The translations under genes and the position numbers were made by a program. The notes under the pieces are model-generated. The model saw nothing but the letters and a program-made list of their open reading frames with translations, ran no database searches and was not told where the DNA came from. DNA of 64,000 nucleotides, taken from NCBI GenBank assembly GCA_038226155.1, contig JBBRQQ010000001.1:55548-119547 (forward strand), read 5' to 3'. Source of the stretch: Burkholderiales bacterium (GTDB taxonomy: Bacteria; Pseudomonadota; Gammaproteobacteria; Burkholderiales; Burkholderiaceae_C). Shown in pieces: positions 1 to 7,862 of the stretch; the stretch's first letter is position 1, and every line of letters begins with the position of its first letter.

Positions 1-235
1 CCTGCTGCTGCGGCGTGAGGTTTTTATGCACAATACCAATGCCGCCTTCTTGCGCGATGGCAATGGCTAGTCGTGCCTCGGTCACGGTGTCCATTGCAGC
101 GGAAACGAGCGGCAAATTCAAACGAATGTTGCGCGAAAACTGGGTGGAAAGCGAGGTGTCCTTTGGCAGGACCTGGGAGAACGCTGGCACCAACAATACG
201 TCGTCGAAGGTGAGCGCTTTGCCGAGTAGGCGCAT
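1..235 (-). CDS. guaB: IMP dehydrogenase, N-terminal 78 codons (gene runs off the window start)
   Basis: Reverse-strand translation from the ATG at 235-233 gives [72 protein letters not shown], a canonical GuaB N-terminus. It is absent from the ORF track because it is truncated by the window edge. Confidence 0.9.
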   Translation of the reverse strand, partial: MRLLGKALTFDDVLLVPAFSQVLPKDTSLSTQFSRNIRLNLPLVSAAMDTVTEARLAIAIAQEGGIGIVHKNLTPQQQ

Positions 236-388
236 AGGGATAGCTCCAAAAACATGATTGTACCCTTGCCTTTTGAGCCATCAGTACTAACCCTGACGGT
301 GCCCATAACTTGTGAGGTGATGTAAATGCCGAGCTTTTTTGGACCTGGTTGCCATCCAAACCAGAGGCTGCAACGTTAAACTCAACAA

Positions 389-931
389 ATGGACCTCAAA
401 AAGCTCTTGAAACCCCTCATCCTGGCGCTAGCAGCCGGCTCGTTTACAGTGGCCGCTGTTGCCCAGTGGCAATGGATAGACAAGGATGGCCACAAAGTGT
501 TCAGCGACCGCTCGCCGCCCGCTGATATTCAGGAAAAAAGCATACTCAAGCGCCCTGCCGGCAGCGTTCGTGCACCGTTCCCCTCAGAAGCTGGGGCAGC
601 CGCGGCGGCGGTGGCAAAGCCGTCTCTAGCTGGTTCTGCGCCTTCGGCAAAGGCCAGTGCGCCCAAGCTTTCGGGTAAAGATGCGGGGCTGGAGGCGAAG
701 AAAAAGAAAGCCGAAGAAGAAGAAACCGCCAAGAAGAAGGTTGAAGAAGAAAAAGTGGCTAAAACCAAATCCGAGAACTGTGATCGCGCCAGAAACGGGT
801 TAGCCACCTTGCAGTCCGGTGTCAGGATGGCATCTGTCAATGCCAAGGGTGAGCGCGAGATCTATGACGAAGCCAAGCGGGCGGCAGAGACCAAACGTAC
901 CCAGGAAGTGATAGACGAGAACTGCAAATAG
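389..931 (+). CDS. DUF4124 domain-containing secreted protein
   Basis: Signal peptide followed by WQWIDKDGHKVFSDRSPP, which is DUF4124-like. The middle is A/K/E-rich low complexity. Confidence 0.7.
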   Translation: MDLKKLLKPLILALAAGSFTVAAVAQWQWIDKDGHKVFSDRSPPADIQEKSILKRPAGSVRAPFPSEAGAAAAAVAKPSLAGSAPSAKASAPKLSGKDAGLEAKKKKAEEEETAKKKVEEEKVAKTKSENCDRARNGLATLQSGVRMASVNAKGEREIYDEAKRAAETKRTQEVIDENCK

Positions 932-976
932 CTTTGCCCCGATAGTGACTGGTCTGTAAGCCCGTCAATACCCGAT

Positions 977-1306
977 TTAATAACCAGCTTTTGCGCCTGG
1001 CCTGGTGGCGGCAAACAGCCCTGCACCCTTTGCGCCTTGCTGATTAAACCGTTCCCTGCGCGCGACCTTGGGGTCGACGCGCAGACCGCGATAAATCTCC
1101 ACGCGGTCCTTGTCCCGTAGCAATTTGCCCGCAGCGACACGCCTGCCCCAGATACCCAGCAGCAACGGCTGCAGTCGCAAAACCGGGAACTCATCAAGAA
1201 CACCTGTGCTTTCTATGGCCTGCAAAGCCGTGCTGCCCGGCTCCAGGTCAAGCGCCCATTCGCGGATCTGGCGTGCGGCAGGACAATAGATGACAGAAAT
1301 GTTCAT
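977..1306 (-). CDS. rnfH: RnfH family ubiquitin-fold protein (UPF0125)
   Basis: 109 aa starting MNISVIYCPAARQ... with DRVEIYRGL, sitting directly downstream of ratA. The ratA-rnfH pair opposite smpB is a widely conserved arrangement. Confidence 0.8.
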   Translation of the reverse strand: MNISVIYCPAARQIREWALDLEPGSTALQAIESTGVLDEFPVLRLQPLLLGIWGRRVAAGKLLRDKDRVEIYRGLRVDPKVARRERFNQQGAKGAGLFAATRPGAKAGY

Positions 1307-1333
1307 GTCATACCCGAAGGCATAGCGCCGCTG

Positions 1334-1780
1334 TCAGGCCGCCTCATAGACCTGTTCAGCTCTTTTTACAAAGGCATCCACCAGGCTGCCCGCAATCTTG
1401 TCAAACACTGGCCCCACCAGAGCAGCCAGGGCGGCATTGTCGAAGTCATAGCCCAGCGTGAATTCGATCTTGCAAGCGCGTTCACTGGCCTTGCCAACCG
1501 GGTTGAAGTCCCATTGGCCATCAAGCTTTGAAAAAGGCCCGTCTACCAGCTTTAGCGACACCTTACGGTCTTTCTCGTGGGTGTTGCGGGTGGTGAAAGC
1601 CTGCTTGATACCGGCCATTGAAAGCCCGACCTTTGCGGTCATGCCGTGCGCATCTTCCTTGAGAACCAACGCTTCATCGCACCAGGGCAAAAACTCCGGG
1701 TAGCGGGCAACGTCGGTCACCAATGCAAACATTTCAGCAGCGCTGTACCAGATCAGGACGGACTTGTGGACGGTTTTCAT
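1334..1780 (-). CDS. ratA: SRPBCC/RatA family ribosome-association toxin (Coq10-like)
   Basis: MKTVHKSVLIWYSAAEMFALVTDVARYPEFLPWC matches the RatA/YfjG family. I prefer the internal ATG at 1780 over the ORF-track start at 1801. Confidence 0.8.
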   Translation of the reverse strand: MKTVHKSVLIWYSAAEMFALVTDVARYPEFLPWCDEALVLKEDAHGMTAKVGLSMAGIKQAFTTRNTHEKDRKVSLKLVDGPFSKLDGQWDFNPVGKASERACKIEFTLGYDFDNAALAALVGPVFDKIAGSLVDAFVKRAEQVYEAA

Positions 1781-1835
1781 ACAATCAGAGGTTGGGCACA
1801 ATTGTATTTGGCTCTGTAGCCCTTAACTTTCAATC

Positions 1836-2405
1836 ATGGTCACCAAAGCCGCATCCTTAATTCAAAAAACCGCTGCATCGACTTCAGGCAAAGCCGCCGG
1901 AAAAATATCAGACGGCACCATCACCAAATTAAGTGCCAAAGCGGCAGCGGCCGCGGTACGCATTGCCGATAACAAAAAAGCGCTTTTCAATTACCACATT
2001 GAAGAGCGTTTTGAAGCTGGAATGGTGCTCGAAGGCTGGGAAGTCAAGTCCGTGCGCGAGGGCAAAGTACAACTGACTGACGGCTATGTGGTCATCCGCA
2101 ATGGCGAGATTTTTGTCATTGGCTGCCAGATCAACCCGCTGGGTACAGCATCAACCCATGTGCGGCCCGACTCTGTGCGCACTAAAAAGCTGCTGATGCA
2201 CAAGGACGAAATCAAACGTCTCATGGGCAAGGTCGAGCAAAAGGGCTTTACGCTGGTGCCGCTCAACATGCACTGGAAAGCCGGGCGTGTGAAGTGCGAG
2301 ATTGGACTGGCCAAGGGCAAAGGCGAGCACGACAAACGCGACACCATCAAGGACCGTGAAGGCAAGCGCGAAGTGGAGCGTGCGATGAAGTCGCGAAGCC
2401 GCTGA
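1836..2405 (+). CDS. smpB: SsrA-binding protein SmpB, with an unusual ~40-aa N-terminal A/K/S-rich extension
   Basis: [43 protein letters not shown] is the SmpB core. There is no in-frame ATG, GTG or TTG between 1836 and that core. Confidence 0.9.
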   Translation: MVTKAASLIQKTAASTSGKAAGKISDGTITKLSAKAAAAAVRIADNKKALFNYHIEERFEAGMVLEGWEVKSVREGKVQLTDGYVVIRNGEIFVIGCQINPLGTASTHVRPDSVRTKKLLMHKDEIKRLMGKVEQKGFTLVPLNMHWKAGRVKCEIGLAKGKGEHDKRDTIKDREGKREVERAMKSRSR

Positions 2406-2531
2406 TATGGCCCCCACGTTCGCTCGCTACCCGTAGTTCTCTGCCCCCCGAGGGGGCCGCTGCGCCTGCAGCCCGGCAAAGCCGGTTCTGCGGCCCCTGC
2501 TTGGAGGGAAGATGCCGACACGTTTTCTGTA

Positions 2532-3671
2532 CTAAAGGTCGCGCAGCGGATGCGTATCGGCTGTCCAAGGGCTGACAAAGAACGCATCTGCCATATCGGG
2601 TTTCACGTCTTCAATGCGCTTGGGAGACCATTTCGGTGTGTAGTCTTTGTCAACCGCCAAAGCGCGTATGCCTTCGACCGTTTCACTGGCCCCGCCCGGG
2701 CGCAAGTGAAAGCACTGCCACACCATGTCGCGCTCCATGCGCAGGTCGTCGGCAAAAGTCATGGTGCGTGCCCGGCGGATTTGCTCCAGCGTGACATGCA
2801 GCATGAGCGGTGAGCGTTTGCGCAAAACCGCTGCCGTTTTATACGCCCACGGGTCCTGCGACTTTTCCAGCGCATCAACGATGTGTTTGACGCGTAGCAG
2901 CGAAAAATAGCTGTCAATAATGGCTGTAGAGGCCGCAGGACTTGCGTGACCAGCTATTAATTCAGTAGCAATCCATTGATCGAATTCGGCGACAGACCCA
3001 AAAATCTGGTTGCCCAGCGAGTTCCACAGCACCGGCAATTGGGTGGCATCAAGTTTGATGTCAGCCAGGCCATAACCGATAGCCTCGTCCGCCCCAATCA
3101 CATCCCCCGTCAGCGCCAGGTATTCGCCAACATGGCCAGGGCAACGGCTTAAAAAGTAACCCCCACCAACGTCAGGAAACAGCCCAATGTTGGTTTCGGG
3201 CATCGCCATTTTGGTGTCCTGCGTGACGATGCGCAGTCTTGCCCCCAATGAAATACCCAAACCGCCACCCATGACCACGCCATCCATAAACGCGATGTAG
3301 GGCTTGGGGTAGGTCTTGATCAGATGGTTGAGCGTGTATTCCTCGGTGAAGAAATCTTCAAGCGCCTGAAGCTGGTCGGCATGACCCGACAGCGCAGCCT
3401 GGTGAAAAAACCGGATGTCACCACCCGCGCAAAATCCGCCGAACAAGCTTTCAGGCGTGCCGGGCCGTCCGACCTTGTTGGTGCCGCGTATCGCCACCAG
3501 CATTACGGCCGGGTCATCCCTGAACGCCAGCAAAGCCTCGGACAAATCGCGCACCATTTGCAGGCTGAGCGCGTTAAGCGCCTTGGGGCGATTCAGCGTG
3601 ATGAAGCCGACCTGGCCGCGCATCTCGGTCAGCACCTCGCCGCTGGTCCTGGGTTGGTATGTCTGGTTCAT
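2532..3671 (-). CDS. enoyl-CoA hydratase/isomerase family protein (3-hydroxyisobutyryl-CoA hydrolase-like)
   Basis: Starts MNQTYQPRTSGEVLTEMRGQVGFITLNRPKALNALS and contains FCAGGDIR and AFMDGVVMGGGLG crotonase motifs. Its ATG (3671-3669) overlaps the upstream gene's TGA by 4 nt (ATGA). The 601-aa track ORF is a frame read-through artefact. Confidence 0.85.
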   Translation of the reverse strand: MNQTYQPRTSGEVLTEMRGQVGFITLNRPKALNALSLQMVRDLSEALLAFRDDPAVMLVAIRGTNKVGRPGTPESLFGGFCAGGDIRFFHQAALSGHADQLQALEDFFTEEYTLNHLIKTYPKPYIAFMDGVVMGGGLGISLGARLRIVTQDTKMAMPETNIGLFPDVGGGYFLSRCPGHVGEYLALTGDVIGADEAIGYGLADIKLDATQLPVLWNSLGNQIFGSVAEFDQWIATELIAGHASPAASTAIIDSYFSLLRVKHIVDALEKSQDPWAYKTAAVLRKRSPLMLHVTLEQIRRARTMTFADDLRMERDMVWQCFHLRPGGASETVEGIRALAVDKDYTPKWSPKRIEDVKPDMADAFFVSPWTADTHPLRDL

Positions 3672-4603
3672 GCTCTCTGTCTCCATCCCATCAATTCGTT
3701 GGCAGCCAGCGCGCCCATGACCAGCAAGCCACCGATCAAAACGCTGGCAGCCGGCACCTCGCCAGCACCCAGCCAAGCTAACAGGATGCCAAAAATAATC
3801 TCCAGCAACGCCAGCAAGGACACCTCCGGCGCCTTCAGCACCCGCGCGCAGATCACGGCCAGCACGCACGGAATTGCCAGTTGTACCAAGCCGAGCAGGG
3901 CCAGCAGGCCCAGGTCGCGACCGGTGGCGGCAAACGGAAAGGCCAGCGGCAAGGTCACCAGCGAGGAAAGCGCTGCGCCCACCAGCACGGCAGGCACCAA
4001 GTCGATTTTTTCGCCCTGTGCCTGACTGCGCTGCACCACGGTCCAGTTCACAGCGGCGGCCATCGGCACCAGCAGGGCCACCAGAGTGCCTGCGAACTGC
4101 CCGATGCCGCCGCCCAATTTGAGCTGACTGCCATACATCCAGGCAATTCCCGCGCCGGCCACGGCAATGGCCACCCAGGTCCTCGGCGCAATGCGGTAAC
4201 CGACGAAGATACGTCCGATCAGTGCGGTCAGCAAGGGGCCCAGAGCCATGGTCACCAGCACATTGGCAACCGTGGTCATGGTCAGCGCCAGCATGAAGGC
4301 TGTGAACATGATGCTCCAGCAGATGCCGGAGATCCACAAATAGCGACCCGCGTGACGGATTCCGAAAAAAATCTGACGCCCCTTGAACATCGGCAGTAAC
4401 ACCAGCAGCGACAGCAAGGTGAAGAAGCTGCGCCAGAAGGTCACTTCAAAGCTGCGCGCCGACTCAAGGTGACGCGTGACCACACCGGCGATCGACCACA
4501 TCAGAGTGATCAGGATCATCAACAGAACGGCCCGGTTATGTGTGAGTTTCATCAACGGCAGGAAGCTACACGCTAGTAGAGCGACCGTGGGGGTCGCATT
4601 CAC
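3668..4603 (-). CDS. DMT (EamA) family transporter
   Basis: Ten predicted hydrophobic helices, with EamA-like LMWSIAGVVTR and a repeated half-structure. An alternative start is MKLTHN at 4552. Confidence 0.8.
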   Translation of the reverse strand: MNATPTVALLACSFLPLMKLTHNRAVLLMILITLMWSIAGVVTRHLESARSFEVTFWRSFFTLLSLLVLLPMFKGRQIFFGIRHAGRYLWISGICWSIMFTAFMLALTMTTVANVLVTMALGPLLTALIGRIFVGYRIAPRTWVAIAVAGAGIAWMYGSQLKLGGGIGQFAGTLVALLVPMAAAVNWTVVQRSQAQGEKIDLVPAVLVGAALSSLVTLPLAFPFAATGRDLGLLALLGLVQLAIPCVLAVICARVLKAPEVSLLALLEIIFGILLAWLGAGEVPAASVLIGGLLVMGALAANELMGWRQRA

Positions 4604-4615
4604 CGTGGGGGCAAA

Positions 4616-6439
4616 CTACCTCCCCGCGCGCTTGCGATCGCTTTCCGTCAGGTGGCGCTTGCGTAGGCGAATTGACTTGGGTGTAATTTCAACCAGCTCG
4701 TCCTCCTCTATGAATTCAACACCGTACTCCAGCGTGCATTCGATAGGCGGGGTGATCTTGATCGCGTCTTCCTTGCCGCTGACGCGGAAGTTGGTAAGCT
4801 GCTTGGTGCGCGTGGCGTTGACCACCAGATCGTTGTCGCGGCTGTGGATGCCGACAATCATGCCCTCATACACCGGGTCGTTGGCCTTGACGAACATGCG
4901 GCCACGGTCGTCGAGCTTGCCCAGTGCGTAGGTGAAAATTTCACCAGCATCCATGGAAATCAGCACACCGTTTTTGCGGCCACCGATTTCGCCCTTATGC
5001 GGCTCATAGCTGTCAAAGATGTTGGAGATCAGGCCAGTGCCACGTGTCAGGTTTAAAAACTCGTTGGTAAAACCGATCAGGCCACGCGCCGGGATGCGGT
5101 ATTCCAGGCGGACGCGGCCACGGCCGTCCGGGTCCATATTGCTCAACTCGCCTTTGCGCTCGCCCAGCGCCTGCATCACGCCACCCTGGTGCTGCTCTTC
5201 GATGTCGGCAGTCACCAGCTCGATTGGCTCGTGTTTTTCACCATTCACTTCTTTCATCACCACGCGCGGCTTGGACACAGCCAACTCGAAACCTTCGCGG
5301 CGCATGTTTTCCAGCAAGATGGTCAGGTGCAACTCGCCCCGACCCATGACTTCAAAAATACCTTCTTCGTCGGTTTCCTTGACGCGCAGGGCCACGTTGT
5401 GTTGCAGTTCCTTTTGCAGGCGGTCCCAGATCTGGCGGCTGGTGACGTACTTGCCCTCACGGCCAGCCAATGGGCTGGTGTTGACGCAGAAGTTCATGGT
5501 CAGCGTCGGTTCATCGACCTTGAGCATGGGCAGTGGCATGGGGGTGATGGGGTCGGTGATCGTCACGCCAATGCCGATGTCAGTCAGGCCGTTGATCAAT
5601 ACGATCTCGCCAGGGCCGGCTTCATCAGTCTGCACGCGCTCCAGGCCCTGGAAGGTCAACACCTGGTTGACCCGACCCTTTACAGCCTTGCCATCCGGGC
5701 CTTCCATCACCACCACGTCCATCATCGGCTTGATCGTGCCCTGACTGATGCGGCCAACGCCAATACGCCCCACAAAGGTCGAGAAATCAAGCGCGGAAAT
5801 CTGTAGTTGCAGCGGTGCAGCCGGGTCACCCTGCTGGTGAGGCACATGCTCGAGAATGGTGTTGAACAGCGCCGACATGTCGGGGCCCCACTGCTCGTTT
5901 GGCGGACCTTCCACCAGCGACGACCAGCCGTTGATACCTGAGGCGTATACAACAGGGAAATCAAGCTGTTCGTCAGTGGCGCCGAGTTTGTCGAATAAAT
6001 CGAAGGCGGCGTTAACCACATAGTCAGGGCGCGCACCGGGTTTGTCGACCTTATTCACCACCAGAATGGGTTTGAGGCCCAAGGCCAGCGCCTTTTTGGT
6101 CACAAAGCGGGTCTGGGGCATGGGCCCTTCCTGCGCGTCAATCAGCAACACCACGCCGTCGACCATCGACAGCGCGCGTTCGACCTCCCCGCCGAAGTCG
6201 GCGTGGCCAGGGGTATCGACAATATTAATGTGCGTGCCTTCCCAGGTTACGGCGCAGTTCTTGGCCAGAATGGTGATGCCCCGTTCTTTTTCGATGGCGT
6301 TGTTGTCCATCACGGTATCGACGACTTTTTCGTGCTCGGCAAAAGTGCCGGACTGGCGCAGCAGTTGGTCGACCATAGTGGTCTTGCCATGATCGACGTG
6401 GGCGATGATGGCGATGTTGCGGATTTGCTTGTGGCTCAT
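4616..6439 (-). CDS. typA: translational GTPase TypA/BipA
   Basis: MSHKQIRNIAIIAHVDHGKTTMVDQLL, DTPGHADFGGEVER and NKVD G-motifs; 607 aa. Confidence 0.95.
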   Translation of the reverse strand: MSHKQIRNIAIIAHVDHGKTTMVDQLLRQSGTFAEHEKVVDTVMDNNAIEKERGITILAKNCAVTWEGTHINIVDTPGHADFGGEVERALSMVDGVVLLIDAQEGPMPQTRFVTKKALALGLKPILVVNKVDKPGARPDYVVNAAFDLFDKLGATDEQLDFPVVYASGINGWSSLVEGPPNEQWGPDMSALFNTILEHVPHQQGDPAAPLQLQISALDFSTFVGRIGVGRISQGTIKPMMDVVVMEGPDGKAVKGRVNQVLTFQGLERVQTDEAGPGEIVLINGLTDIGIGVTITDPITPMPLPMLKVDEPTLTMNFCVNTSPLAGREGKYVTSRQIWDRLQKELQHNVALRVKETDEEGIFEVMGRGELHLTILLENMRREGFELAVSKPRVVMKEVNGEKHEPIELVTADIEEQHQGGVMQALGERKGELSNMDPDGRGRVRLEYRIPARGLIGFTNEFLNLTRGTGLISNIFDSYEPHKGEIGGRKNGVLISMDAGEIFTYALGKLDDRGRMFVKANDPVYEGMIVGIHSRDNDLVVNATRTKQLTNFRVSGKEDAIKITPPIECTLEYGVEFIEEDELVEITPKSIRLRKRHLTESDRKRAGR

Positions 6440-6506
6440 GATGGGCTTTCTAAAAACTAAAACTCAAAAACTCAAAAACTTTGGTCAAAATCTAAACGGC
6501 AAAAAA

Positions 6507-7472
6507 TCAATGTGCGGCTTGCAATATGTCCTGGACTTCAATCGGGCTCAGCAGACGCTGGGGAATCAGCTCATCAGCTGTGATGTGGGCTGACCCTAGA
6601 AAAGCAGGTGGGTCAGACCCATAGACCTGTACCAGCGGTGCGTCGGCACCCCACTGGCCGGGTGTGCCCCGCCTGCGCAGGCCACTTAAAAACCGCCCTG
6701 CATTGTCGGCATCCAATGTGACAGACGGATAATTGCTGACCAGTGACTGCGCTGGCAGCAGGCGCGCTTCACGCTCCGGCTCTGTCATGGCCTCTAGCGC
6801 CGCAAGACTGACGCACTGGTCGGCCACAAAACCACCGGTTTCAATACGCCGCAGCGAGCCGAGGTGAGCACCGCAGCCAATAGCCTCGCCAATGTCTTCA
6901 CCGAGCGTTCGAATGTAAGTGCCTTTACTGCACCTCACTATGATTTTAATAGCTGGTCGCGCCCGTGTATCTTGGTCCACAGCCATTTTTAGCTTGTAAA
7001 TAACGATGTTTCGAGCCTCTCGCTCGACCTCTTCGCCACGCCGGGCGTATTCGTACAAAGCCTTGCCGTCCTTCTTGAGGGCTGAGTACATAGGCGGAAT
7101 TTGCGCCAGCGGGCCGGTGAAATGGGCCGTTATGTCTGCAAGCAGTTCAGGTGTGATGGTGGGTACAGGCCGCGTCTCGGTCACTTCGCCCTCAGCATCC
7201 CCCGTGCTGGTTTTTTCACCCAACACCAACAGGGCCTCATAGGTTTTGTCGGCGTCGAGCTGGATCTGGCTGAATTTGGTGGCCGCGCCAAAGCACAGTG
7301 GCAACACGCCCGTCGCCAGCGGATCCAGCGTGCCCGTGTGACCAGCTTTGTCAGCGCGCAGCAACCACTTAGCCTTTTGCAAGGCCTGGTTGCTAGAAAG
7401 GCCGATTGGTTTATCAAGCAGCAACACCCCGTGCACAGGGCGCCTCTGCACCTTTGTGCGGAGTTTCTGCAT
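6507..7472 (-). CDS. truB: tRNA pseudouridine(55) synthase
   Basis: GVLLLDKPIGLSSNQAL, GHTGTLDPLATGVLPLCFG and CSKGTYIRTLGEDIG motifs. Confidence 0.95.
   Translation of the reverse strand: MQKLRTKVQRRPVHGVLLLDKPIGLSSNQALQKAKWLLRADKAGHTGTLDPLATGVLPLCFGAATKFSQIQLDADKTYEALLVLGEKTSTGDAEGEVTETRPVPTITPELLADITAHFTGPLAQIPPMYSALKKDGKALYEYARRGEEVEREARNIVIYKLKMAVDQDTRARPAIKIIVRCSKGTYIRTLGEDIGEAIGCGAHLGSLRRIETGGFVADQCVSLAALEAMTEPEREARLLPAQSLVSNYPSVTLDADNAGRFLSGLRRRGTPGQWGADAPLVQVYGSDPPAFLGSAHITADELIPQRLLSPIEVQDILQAAH
6937..6995 (+). repeat. In-CDS copy of the dispersed GCTAT-hairpin/CGCCCGTA repeat, inside truB
   Basis: ACTATGATTTTAATAGCTGGTCGCGCCCGTGTATCTTG matches the 43007 copy at 31 of 38 positions. 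It then continues collinearly through ATTTTTAGCT. Confidence 0.7.
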
Positions 7473-7474
7473 GG

Positions 7475-7849
7475 TTAATCTTCTTGAGCGCGGGAAGAAA
7501 CCGCCTTGGCAATCAGGGCGTTCATGTCGGCCGCACGCTCCGTGGTGCGGTCGAAGTGGAAATGCAAAGTCGGCACGGTGTGCGTCATCAGGCGTTTGAA
7601 AAGGCCGTTGCGCAGGAATCCGGCGGCCTGGTTAAGCGCTTCTTCGCACTCCTTCGGGTCGCCTACCAGCACACTGAAATAAACCTTGGCATGCGCGTAA
7701 TCAGCAGTCACTTCAACCGACTGAACCGTCACCATCCCGACCCGAGGATCTTTCAATTCGCGCGCGATCAGTTCCGTCAGATCACGCTGGATCTGATCGG
7801 CAACCCGAAAGCCGCGATTGGGGGTGGATGATTTTTTGCGCATGCTCAA
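7475..7849 (-). CDS. rbfA: ribosome-binding factor A
   Basis: [44 protein letters not shown]; sits between infB and truB. Confidence 0.9.
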   Translation of the reverse strand: MSMRKKSSTPNRGFRVADQIQRDLTELIARELKDPRVGMVTVQSVEVTADYAHAKVYFSVLVGDPKECEEALNQAAGFLRNGLFKRLMTHTVPTLHFHFDRTTERAADMNALIAKAVSSRAQED

Positions 7850-7862
7850 GCTTTTGGCACTA

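Noticed and set aside
2406-2531. Possible tmRNA (ssrA) or other ncRNA next to smpB
   Set aside because: The 126-nt spacer is too short. It lacks a GGGG...tRNA-like 5' end and a T-arm/CCA 3' end. It contains only GC hairpins (GCCCCC-CGA-GGGGGC at 2443-2457 and CCGGC-AAA-GCCGG at 2473-2485). These are best explained as terminators or REP-like sequence between the convergent smpB and hydratase genes.
2532-4337. 601-aa ORF in the track spanning the hydratase gene and the antisense or other frames of the DMT gene
   Set aside because: Only the C-terminal 379 aa (from MNQTYQ at 3671) look like a real protein of the crotonase family. The N-terminal 220 aa are Arg/Gly/Ala-rich, as is typical of an off-frame read-through of a GC-rich gene. 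The DMT transporter occupies that DNA in another frame.
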